From: a virus
Lineage: Duplodnaviria > Heunggongvirae > Uroviricota > Caudoviricetes
DNA length: 21,022 bases
IMG/VR virus record: IMGVR_UViG_2974636330_000001
Span: 1-21,022 of that record
Direction: 5' to 3' (one strand)
Part shown: positions 1-7,515 of the stretch, piece after piece
How the letters are laid out: the number at the start of each line of letters is the position of its first letter
Numbering within the stretch: position 1 is the first letter of the stretch
Translations under genes and position numbers: made by a program
The notes under the pieces: model-generated
The model's database searches: none
The model's input: only the letters and a program-made list of their open reading frames with translations
Told to the model about the DNA's origin: nothing

Positions 1-26
1 CCGGAGCCGAAAGGTTCCGGTTTTTT
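1..26 (+). terminator. Rho-independent terminator upstream of portal
   Basis: CCGGAGCC-GAAA-GGTTCCGG stem (8 bp, one G.U) with a GNRA loop, followed by TTTTTT (21-26). Confidence 0.8.
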
Positions 27-77
27 GTTGGGTGAGATATACTGGCTCGAACAGGTTTGCATTGAAGGATTCGTCAA

Positions 78-1892
78 ATGGGCGTCAAGATCGGGGCAAC
101 GAAGACGGCACCGGACCCGAGCAAGGGACCGGGCGGAAAAGTCTATTTCATGCAGAAGACCATCAAGGGAGACACGTTCCTTGTACTGGCAGATTCTGCG
201 GTGGACTTGGAGGACGAGTTCAAGGGCCTGTACTTCACCACGGAGGATTCGTCAAAGACTCTGATCCAGCCGCCGTACCCGCCGAAGGTTCTGATGCGTC
301 TGGTGAGCCAGAACAACATTCTCGGCCAGTGCGTTGAAGCGATGGAAGTCAACGTCGATGGCACCGGGTATGAGTTCATTGCCAAGGAAGAAGGCAAGGC
401 TCCCAACGTGAATGAAGTAAAGATTCTGAAGTCGTTTTTCAGCGAACCGTACCCGGGCGTGTCGTTCTTGGACATGCGCCGCCAGCTGCGCCGAGACATG
501 GAGTCGGCAGGGTTCGGCTTCCTCGAAGTCATCCGCTCCATTGATGAAAACATCGTGGCCCTTCGTAACCAGAACGCCCACATGGTGCGGCTTGTGCGTC
601 TGGATGAGCCGGTGCAGGTGAAGAAGAAGATCGAACGTAATGGGCAGGAGGTTGAGCTGACCCTGTTCGAGCGCGAGCGTCGGTTCTGTATCCGAATCAA
701 TAACCAGAATGTCTACTACCGGGAGTTCGGCACGACTCGCCATCTGAACAAGAAGACGGGCGAGTGGGAGTCCGGCTCCAACAAGGTGGAACCGGCTGAT
801 CGCGCCACTGAGTTGATGTTCTTCGGTATCCACAAAGACGTGGAGACGGCCTACTGTGTCCCCCGGTGGATCAACCAGATGCCGAGCGTGATCGGTAGCC
901 GTAAGGCTGAAGAACAGAATCTGGAGTTCTTCGACGCGGGCGGCATCCCCCCGGCGATCATCTTCATTCAGGGTGGTACGTTGGCCAAGGACATGGCCGA
1001 CCAGCTGAAGATGTACCTGTCGGGCCAGAGCAAGTCGAACAACCGTGCGGTGGTGGTCGAGGCCCAGTCGTCCTCCGGCTCACTGGAGAGCGCGGGCAAC
1101 GTGCAGGTGAAGGTGGAACGGTTCGGCGCGGACCGAGCCAACGACTCCATGTTCTCGAAGTACGACGTGGCAGCTGAAGAGCATGTCCGGACGGGCTTCC
1201 GCCTGCCGCCGCTGTTCCTCGGCAAGGCCACCGACTACAACTTTGCCACGGCGAAGACGGCCTACATGGTGGCCGAGGCTCAGGTGTTTGAGCCGGAGCG
1301 CAAGAAGTTCGATGAAAAGTTGAACCGTACCCTGCTTCCGGCGCTGGGAGTCAAGGAAACGGTCATCAAGTCGAATCCGATCACCCTGAAGGACGTGGAG
1401 CAGCAGTTCAAGGCCATGGAGATGGTGGCCGACAAGGTGAAGGGCGAGGGTCTGGTGAACGAGGTCAACAAGATCGCTGGCCTGACGCTGGAATACGACG
1501 CCGAAGCCGAACAGCGTGCCATCGATAATGAGCAGGCGTTGGCCGAAGCCCGTATGAACCCGGTGGGTGTGACGAATCCTGCCTCCAACACCTCTGCGGA
1601 TCAGTCACAAGGCGCGGGAAACGACGTGGTGGATTTGGAGAAGGAGCGCCAGCGTCGTCAGGCCGCCAAGGGGGCGCAAGCCATCCTGAAGTTGGCCCGT
1701 GAGTACGCCATCGCCACCGGCCAACTGGTGACGAAGAGTGAGCTGACGCAGGTCCAGAAGGATGAGGTGGTGTCCAAGGCTGAAGCTCTGGAAGGTGAAG
1801 AGCAGGATTTGTTCCTGACGTGCCTGTCCGCCCTGATGGCCAACAACGCCGACGCTGAAGTTGGCTCCCTGTTCTGCACCCACGACCACTGA
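78..1892 (+). CDS. Phage portal protein (PBSX/XkdE-like), 604 aa
   Basis: First gene of the head cluster, AAGGA RBS at 65-69. Portal-like segments ILGQCVEAMEVNVDGTGY, YCVPRW, FFDAGGIPPAIIFIQGG, FRLPPLFLG and DYNFATAK. Confidence 0.9.
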   Translation: MGVKIGATKTAPDPSKGPGGKVYFMQKTIKGDTFLVLADSAVDLEDEFKGLYFTTEDSSKTLIQPPYPPKVLMRLVSQNNILGQCVEAMEVNVDGTGYEFIAKEEGKAPNVNEVKILKSFFSEPYPGVSFLDMRRQLRRDMESAGFGFLEVIRSIDENIVALRNQNAHMVRLVRLDEPVQVKKKIERNGQEVELTLFERERRFCIRINNQNVYYREFGTTRHLNKKTGEWESGSNKVEPADRATELMFFGIHKDVETAYCVPRWINQMPSVIGSRKAEEQNLEFFDAGGIPPAIIFIQGGTLAKDMADQLKMYLSGQSKSNNRAVVVEAQSSSGSLESAGNVQVKVERFGADRANDSMFSKYDVAAEEHVRTGFRLPPLFLGKATDYNFATAKTAYMVAEAQVFEPERKKFDEKLNRTLLPALGVKETVIKSNPITLKDVEQQFKAMEMVADKVKGEGLVNEVNKIAGLTLEYDAEAEQRAIDNEQALAEARMNPVGVTNPASNTSADQSQGAGNDVVDLEKERQRRQAAKGAQAILKLAREYAIATGQLVTKSELTQVQKDEVVSKAEALEGEEQDLFLTCLSALMANNADAEVGSLFCTHDH

Positions 1893-3232
1893 TGAAACTC
1901 GAATCTTACGTCGCCGTCGAAGAAAGCCTGTCGAACAAGCTCCAGAAGACGTGGCGGTCTGAAGCGGTCAAGTTGTACGCGAAGATGCTCCGGAAGGTGG
2001 AGCAGGAAGACTTCGACGGCGCTCGTAAGTTGGTGGAGCAGATCGACCTCACGGATGTGGGGACGAAGAACAAGGCCGCGATTCGGAGTCATCTCCGGGC
2101 GGCCATGATCTACGGGGCACGGAACGCCTCTGGCCTGAACTCGTCCATCACAGAAGCGGGCCAGTACAAGGAACTGATGGACCGGGTGGAGGCCGTGATG
2201 TTGGCCTCTCTGGAGTGGAACGCCACCGCTTACACGGTGAAGGCCGCGCTGCAATCAATTGCACGGGCAGAGAAGGCTCACGCGGAGGCGGAGCAGGTAG
2301 TAAAGAAGGCGGCAACCAAGAAGCGGTTCGTGCAGGAGTTCGTGTCGTTCCAGAAGGACGGCGACGACATGATCCAGTTGGTGTCGAGTCTGCACACCAA
2401 CCGACTGGCTACGTACGGGTTCACCGCAGAGGCAGAAGTCCTCGGCATCGAGACCTACAAGCTGGTGGCGGTGCTGGACGGTCGCACGTCTGAGTTCTGC
2501 CGGATGATCAACGGGCACACGTTCCAAGTGTCGGATGCCCGGGACACGATCCTTCAGGTGTTGAATCTGGAGAACCCTGACGACGCCAAGTTCATCCAGC
2601 CGTGGCCGAACCAGAGCAAGGCCAACATGGCTGAGTTCTCGAAGATGACCACGGCAGAGCTGACGGCTCTGAACTTGCATATCCCGCCGTTCCACCCGGG
2701 ATGCCGTACGGTGTGCGTGCCAGTGAGCAAGGCCCTGATCGCAGGCCCGTCCCGCATTCTGGCCAACCCGGACACCGTACCGGTGAAGGTCAACGACACG
2801 GTGTATGCCGTATCGACCCTGACCCAGCAGCGTGCCATGAACCAACTGGACAAGTTGGCCAATGGGAAGACCGTGCTGAACACCGATGTGGCGTTCTCGA
2901 AGGTGACGGACACGCAAGGTGCCGTGACCGCGATGACGAATGTGCCAGCCTCGGCTATCAAGGAGAAGGAAGTCGCGTTCGGCAACCTTGTCCCGACCCA
3001 AGACGAAGTGAGTGTCGATGGGGTGGCGGACTACATCGCCAAGATCGGCAAGAGCCAAGAAGAGCTGCCGCTCGTGGTGGTTCTGGACGGAAAGTATTAC
3101 GTGCAGGATGGGCACCACCGTCTGGTGGCCATGTACCTCCAGAAGAAGCGTAAGGTGGCTGTCCGTCTGGCCGTACTGGAGTCAGTCGATACTGATGACG
3201 CCCTGAATCTGGTCTTCAACTGGGTCGAATAG
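1892..3232 (+). CDS. MuF / SPP1 gp7-like minor head protein with C-terminal ParB/Srx-like domain, 446 aa
   Basis: Directly follows portal (TGATG overlap). MuF hallmarks AVLDGRTSEFCRMINGHTF and PPFHPGCRT. C-terminal LVPTQ...PLVVVLDGKYYVQDGHHRL matches the ParB/sulfiredoxin N-terminal domain motif. Confidence 0.85.
   Translation: MKLESYVAVEESLSNKLQKTWRSEAVKLYAKMLRKVEQEDFDGARKLVEQIDLTDVGTKNKAAIRSHLRAAMIYGARNASGLNSSITEAGQYKELMDRVEAVMLASLEWNATAYTVKAALQSIARAEKAHAEAEQVVKKAATKKRFVQEFVSFQKDGDDMIQLVSSLHTNRLATYGFTAEAEVLGIETYKLVAVLDGRTSEFCRMINGHTFQVSDARDTILQVLNLENPDDAKFIQPWPNQSKANMAEFSKMTTAELTALNLHIPPFHPGCRTVCVPVSKALIAGPSRILANPDTVPVKVNDTVYAVSTLTQQRAMNQLDKLANGKTVLNTDVAFSKVTDTQGAVTAMTNVPASAIKEKEVAFGNLVPTQDEVSVDGVADYIAKIGKSQEELPLVVVLDGKYYVQDGHHRLVAMYLQKKRKVAVRLAVLESVDTDDALNLVFNWVE
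2250..2263. repeat. TGCAATCAATTGCA pseudo-palindrome, copy 1 (inside MuF gene, encodes LQSIA)
   Basis: Exact copy read from the sequence. Confidence 0.95.
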
Positions 3233-3261
3233 TTGTTCGGCACAGGCCGGTACGGTATAGT
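3233..3261 (+). promoter_or_regulatory. Sigma70-like promoter for the protease gene
   Basis: TTGTTC (3233-3238), 17 bp, TATAGT (3256-3261), in the MuF-protease intergenic gap. Confidence 0.65.
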
Positions 3262-3263
3262 CT

Positions 3264-3277
3264 TGCAATCAATTGCA
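3264..3277. repeat. TGCAATCAATTGCA copy 2 (intergenic, over the predicted start site and next to the RBS)
   Basis: Exact copy starting 3 nt after the -10 box; AGGA RBS at 3277-3280. Confidence 0.95.
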
Positions 3278-3287
3278 GGACAACGGC

Positions 3288-3890
3288 ATGAGTGACCTGA
3301 TCATCAAGAAGGCGGACAAGACCTACAAGCAGATGGTCTGGGCCGAGGTCTATGCGCCGAACCGCCCTGACGTGGACGGCGAGTTCATGACCGCCGACGA
3401 TATCGAGAAGATGGCCTACGCCTTCCTGCGCTCAGGCCGTCTGGACCAGATCGACGTGAACCACGACAACGAAGTTGTGTCGGCCCATGTCATTGAGTCT
3501 TTCATCGCCCGGAAGGGAGACCCTGATTTCATTGAAGGGGCGTGGGTGGTGGGTATCCACATCAGCGACCCGGACACGTGGCAGATGGTTCTGGACGGTG
3601 AACTGAACGGCTTCTCGATGGAGGCGATGGTCACCAAGGAAGAGAAGGAGATGCTGGTGGACATTCCCCCGGTGGTGAAGGGGATGACCAGCACTGAAGA
3701 AGACCACCGGCATGAGTTTTTCGTGTCGTTTGACGAGAACGGGGAGTTCCTCGGCGGCACGACGGACGTGGTGCAAGGCCACAGCCACAAGATCATCGCT
3801 GGCACGGTGACGGAAGTGACCAACGATCATCGCCACCGCTTCAGTTCGGTGGACAATATCGAGATTATTGGAGAAGTTGTCGATGAGTGA
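3288..3890 (+). CDS. XkdF-like prohead (maturation) protease with C-terminal HxH repeats, 200 aa
   Basis: VWAEVYAPNRPDVDGEFMTADDIEKMAYAF, IDVNHD, VIESFIAR, GAWVVG and GELNGFSMEA match the XkdF-like putative serine protease family. ATG 3288 is preferred over TTG 3273 because of the RBS at 3277-3280. Confidence 0.85.
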   Translation: MSDLIIKKADKTYKQMVWAEVYAPNRPDVDGEFMTADDIEKMAYAFLRSGRLDQIDVNHDNEVVSAHVIESFIARKGDPDFIEGAWVVGIHISDPDTWQMVLDGELNGFSMEAMVTKEEKEMLVDIPPVVKGMTSTEEDHRHEFFVSFDENGEFLGGTTDVVQGHSHKIIAGTVTEVTNDHRHRFSSVDNIEIIGEVVDE

Positions 3891-4053
3891 TGACGCGAAA
3901 GTTCAGAAGGCCAATCCCTACCGAGGGGCAGGAGGCAAGTTCTGTTCACAGCGTCAGGCAATCACGACGACCCTGACGATCCCGAAACAGCCAGCAAACC
4001 GCAAGAAACCGCAGAAGAAGCAAGCTGGACCCGCAGGTGGCATGAAGTTCTGA
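3883..4053 (+). CDS. Small basic hypothetical protein, 56 aa
   Basis: GGAG at 3870-3873, ATG 3883 overlapping the protease end. Fills the gap on the coding strand; sequence MSDDAKVQKANPYRGAGGKFCS... Confidence 0.55.
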   Translation: MSDDAKVQKANPYRGAGGKFCSQRQAITTTLTIPKQPANRKKPQKKQAGPAGGMKF

Positions 4054-4076
4054 TCGACAGTAAACCTGCCAAAAGT

Positions 4077-4104
4077 TTGTTAGGTGGAAGGTCTGCTGTA
4101 CACT
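4077..4104 (+). promoter_or_regulatory. Putative promoter for scaffold/capsid genes
   Basis: TTGTTA (4077-4082), 16 bp, TACACT (4099-4104). Shares TTGTTAGGTG with the promoter at 9000; AGGAG RBS at 4113-4117. Confidence 0.5.
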
Positions 4105-4124
4105 TGATTGGTAGGAGATAGACC

Positions 4125-5351
4125 GTGCAGACAAAGCTTTCCATGAAGCAGATGGGCGATGCAGACGTTCAGTTCGTCTCTCTCGTCGGTCGTGCAGCAA
4201 ACCGCATCCCGTTTCGAATCACTAAGAGCGACAAGGAGAACAAGATGGGCCTCGATCTGAGCGGCATTGCCCGCGCGCTGAAGGGCAACAAGGTGGCGAA
4301 GGCTGACAAGCCGGAGCTGGTGGCCGTGGTGGTCGAGAAGTCCGACCTCCTGCCGCAGATCACCGAAGCGGTGACTGCTGCTGGCCTGAACGTGGACAAC
4401 GTGGTTGAAGACGCGGAGTCCAACACCGTTGCCTTCGTGCAGAAGGAATCGGAGGAAGGCGAAGAGCTGACCACCATCAAGATGGACGACACCGTGTCCG
4501 TCGTGGTGAAGGGCTTCTCGGCTTACTGCGACAACCTGAAGGACTTCAACGAAATCGTGCAGGCGCAGGGCTTCTACGCTGGCATGAACGTGGCGACCGA
4601 AGCGCTGCGTGACTCGGTGTACAAGGGCCTGTATTCCTCGGACAACCCGCAGGAAGCCGTCGCCAAGGCCGAGACCGTCCTGAGCCAGTTCACCTCGTAC
4701 ATGAAGACGCTGGTAGGCAACCTGCCGGACAACGCCTTCTATGTGTCGAAGGGTGTGGCCGTGGTCGTGGAAAAGGCCGCCAAGGACAAGAAGGACAAGG
4801 AAGAGGCCGACGCCGCCGCTGCCGCCAAGGCGAAGGATGAGCAGAAGGCCAAGGACGATGCCAAGACCGCTTCCAAGAAGGAAGAGGGCAACGGCAATGG
4901 CGACGAAGAGGAAATCAATCTGGATGAAGTTCCGGACGACGTTTCCAAGAAGGACTGGACCGCCAAGTCGGAAGACGAACGCCGCCAGTACCACGCCGCC
5001 AAGAAGTCCGAAGTCGCTCCGGTCCAGAAGTCCGAAACCCCGGCTCCGACCGTGGATGTGGGCGATATCGTGCAGAAGACCGCCGCTGCCGTGCTGGCTG
5101 CGCTGGAGCCGAAGTTCGTGGCCATCGAGAAGGCGCAGAAGGCCACCGAAGAAATGGTTGATTCGGTAGTCCAGAAGTCGGAGACTGTTGCTCAACGGCT
5201 CGGCACCACGGTGGTGAACACCACCTCGGCAGCTGATACCCCGAGTGGCAACGTCCAGAAGTCGGACAAGAGCGACACCGATCCGCGACAGGGCTGCTTC
5301 GATACCGCCCTGATCCGCAAGGGTCAGCGTCGTAGCATCAACGGCAACTGA
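4125..5351 (+). CDS. Probable capsid scaffolding protein, 408 aa (possible second in-frame start at 4245)
   Basis: Lies between protease and major capsid. K/E/A-rich, helical and low-complexity, with a charged linker; GTG start with AGGAG RBS. The function call is positional. Confidence 0.65.
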   Translation: MQTKLSMKQMGDADVQFVSLVGRAANRIPFRITKSDKENKMGLDLSGIARALKGNKVAKADKPELVAVVVEKSDLLPQITEAVTAAGLNVDNVVEDAESNTVAFVQKESEEGEELTTIKMDDTVSVVVKGFSAYCDNLKDFNEIVQAQGFYAGMNVATEALRDSVYKGLYSSDNPQEAVAKAETVLSQFTSYMKTLVGNLPDNAFYVSKGVAVVVEKAAKDKKDKEEADAAAAAKAKDEQKAKDDAKTASKKEEGNGNGDEEEINLDEVPDDVSKKDWTAKSEDERRQYHAAKKSEVAPVQKSETPAPTVDVGDIVQKTAAAVLAALEPKFVAIEKAQKATEEMVDSVVQKSETVAQRLGTTVVNTTSAADTPSGNVQKSDKSDTDPRQGCFDTALIRKGQRRSINGN

Positions 5352-5386
5352 TCGGCCAATACACAAGTCCCCAAGGAGAACGAAAA

Positions 5387-6319
5387 GTGCGTAACCAAGA
5401 CCTCATCAAGAAGGCGGACCTCGCTCTGGCCGATCTGGCGAACGGCGGCCTGCTGCTCCCGGAGCAGAACGACCGCTTCATCCGCACCCTGATCGATCAG
5501 CCGACGATCCTGTCGCAGGTCCGTACCGTGGCCATGAACAGCCCGGAACGCAAGATCAACAAGATCGGCTTCGGCTCGCGCATCCTGCGCCCGGCAGTCA
5601 GCGCCACCCCGCTGACCCCGAGCCAGCGTGCGGCCCCCGATCTGGGCCAGATCACCCTGACCACCAAGGAAGTGATCGCGGAAGTCCGCATCCCGTACGA
5701 CGTGATGGAAGACAACATCGAGCGTGGCAACGTCGGTGTCGATCCGCAGTCGGGCGCGGGTGGTCTGCACCAGACCATCGTGGACCTGATGGCCGAGCGC
5801 GCTGCGCTGGACCTCGAAGAGCTGGCGATCAAGGGCGACACCGCGTCGGCGGATACCTATCTGGCCCTCCAGAATGGTTACCTGAAGCTGTCCTCGGCGA
5901 ACGTCGTTGCTGCCGGTGGCGGCTTCAACAAGGACACCGTGAAGGCCGGTATCCGCGCAATGCCGGACAAGTACCTGCGCAACCGTGCGGCGATGAAGCA
6001 CTTCATCAGCATCGACAACGAGACCGAGCTGCGTGACCAGTACGCCGCCCGCTCGACCGCACTGGGCGACGCGAACCTGACCGGCAACAACCCGCTGTTC
6101 ATGTTCGGCTCGCGCGTCGAAGGCGCTCCGATGATGCCGTCCGATTCGGGCCTGTTCACCCACCCGGACAACCTGATCTTCGGCATCCAGCGCAACGTGA
6201 TGATGGAGTACGACAAGGACATTACGTCCCGCGTCTTCATCATCGTGCTGACCGCTCGTGTGGCCTTCGCCATCGAAGAGCCGAACGCAGTCGTGAAGTA
6301 CACCGGCATCGTCGGTTAA
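5387..6319 (+). CDS. Major capsid protein (HK97 fold, XkdG-like), 310 aa
   Basis: GGLLLPEQNDRFIRTLIDQPTILSQVR N-arm, AERAALDLEELAIKGD, and C-terminal LFTHPDNLIFGIQRNV...RVAFAIEEPNAVVK. Strong codon bias, AAGGAG RBS, followed by a terminator. Confidence 0.93.
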   Translation: MRNQDLIKKADLALADLANGGLLLPEQNDRFIRTLIDQPTILSQVRTVAMNSPERKINKIGFGSRILRPAVSATPLTPSQRAAPDLGQITLTTKEVIAEVRIPYDVMEDNIERGNVGVDPQSGAGGLHQTIVDLMAERAALDLEELAIKGDTASADTYLALQNGYLKLSSANVVAAGGGFNKDTVKAGIRAMPDKYLRNRAAMKHFISIDNETELRDQYAARSTALGDANLTGNNPLFMFGSRVEGAPMMPSDSGLFTHPDNLIFGIQRNVMMEYDKDITSRVFIIVLTARVAFAIEEPNAVVKYTGIVG

Positions 6320-6342
6320 TCGGCGACACCGGCTAGGGGGAG

Positions 6343-6375
6343 AAGGGGCATTCGAAAGGGTGCCCCTTTTTCTTT
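6343..6375 (+). terminator. Rho-independent terminator after major capsid gene
   Basis: AAGGGGCATTC-GAAA-GGGTGCCCCTT stem (two G.U) followed by the T-tract TTTTTCTTT. Confidence 0.85.
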
Positions 6376-6388
6376 GCAATCAATTGCA
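6375..6388. repeat. TGCAATCAATTGCA copy 3 (intergenic, between terminator T-tract and RBS)
   Basis: Exact copy; AAGGAG follows at 6391-6396. Confidence 0.95.
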
Positions 6389-6402
6389 GCAAGGAGAAGA
6401 TG

Positions 6403-6669
6403 ATGCAACTGTTCAACCAGACGGCTGCCGCGAATGTGCAGTTCAGCGGTGGCACGCAGACCACGTTGGCTGCTGGTGGGCTGGGCGCGGCGGAGAAGGT
6501 GGAAATCCTGATCCATGATGGCCAGGCTTACGTCCCCCTGATCGACTTCGAGAGTGGCGAGCCGGTGACCCTGACGCAGGCCAAGCCCCACCGGGTGATC
6601 TACGGGGTCGGGCTGTATCGCGCCAAGAAGGAAGCGACTGCCGCAGCAGTATCCTGCGTCTATTACTGA
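6403..6669 (+). CDS. Hypothetical protein, 88 aa (89 aa if ATG 6400 is used); possible virion accessory protein
   Basis: AAGGAG RBS 6 nt before ATG 6403; phage-like codon usage; no recognised motif. Confidence 0.7.
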   Translation: MQLFNQTAAANVQFSGGTQTTLAAGGLGAAEKVEILIHDGQAYVPLIDFESGEPVTLTQAKPHRVIYGVGLYRAKKEATAAAVSCVYY

Positions 6670-6740
6670 GCAGGTTTGTGCCTTGCAATAGAACGCAAGG
6701 TGGTTGAAAATGAAGTCTCTAACCGTCAAGGAGTGCTGTC

Positions 6741-7493
6741 ATGGGTGTCAAGAAGAACGAGCAGGACGAAGCCGTGAAGGCTGCGGACCAGAAGCCCACC
6801 GAAACCAAGGTGACCGAGAAGCCGGAAGTGAAGCAGGACGATGGCAAGAGTGCCGTCACCCTGACCTCGACCGAAGCCAAGCCGGAGCAGACTGCCGAGC
6901 AGGAGCAGCAGCCGGTGAAGGACAAGGTGGCCGACGCGGACGCCAAGGAACTGAAGGAGCAGGCCGATACCGCCAAGGATGCGGAGCCGACCGGTGAGCC
7001 GAAGGTGACCAAGCCGGAAGACGTGGTTGCGTCCGATGCCGCTCCGTCCGTGGCAGCAATCGAAGCAGCGGTGGCCGGTACTGCCGCCAATGTAGATCCG
7101 TACCCGGAAGAACGTGACGACGTGGCCCAGCTGGAACTGCTGGCGTACAATCGGCTGGTGCTGGCCAACCGCCTGTTCGAGCGCGGCGTGGTCTACGACG
7201 TGACCGAAGAAGATGCCGACCAGCTGCTGCGGGTCCGCACCGACGACGGTCGTCCGGTGTTCGGTCGCTACGTGCTGGAAGAGAAGGCCACGAACGACGC
7301 CATCGTCCGCCGCGCCCCGCTGCCGCGCACCACCTCGGTGGCGATGCCGGTCCGCATGGTGTCGGATACCGCGACCAACTCGAAGGCCATCGAAATCGGC
7401 ACCGAGGAAGAGCTGATCGCGGCTGGACTGATCGCCAAGGATGCCGCTGATGTGGTGGCCGACCTCAGCAAGGGCGAGTCCGTCGAGCTGTAA
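6741..7493 (+). CDS. Hypothetical protein, 250 aa; acidic low-complexity N-half and compact C-terminal domain
   Basis: AAGGAG RBS upstream and strong codon bias; N-half rich in E/K/A/P/T. Confidence 0.8.
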   Translation: MGVKKNEQDEAVKAADQKPTETKVTEKPEVKQDDGKSAVTLTSTEAKPEQTAEQEQQPVKDKVADADAKELKEQADTAKDAEPTGEPKVTKPEDVVASDAAPSVAAIEAAVAGTAANVDPYPEERDDVAQLELLAYNRLVLANRLFERGVVYDVTEEDADQLLRVRTDDGRPVFGRYVLEEKATNDAIVRRAPLPRTTSVAMPVRMVSDTATNSKAIEIGTEEELIAAGLIAKDAADVVADLSKGESVEL

Positions 7494-7515
7494 CTGAAGA
7501 AAAGGAAGGTGCGCT

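Noticed and set aside
6704-6997. 97-aa alternative-frame ORF overlapping the 250-aa gene
   Set aside because: No RBS and off-frame codon pattern; the 6741 start has AAGGAG and typical bias.
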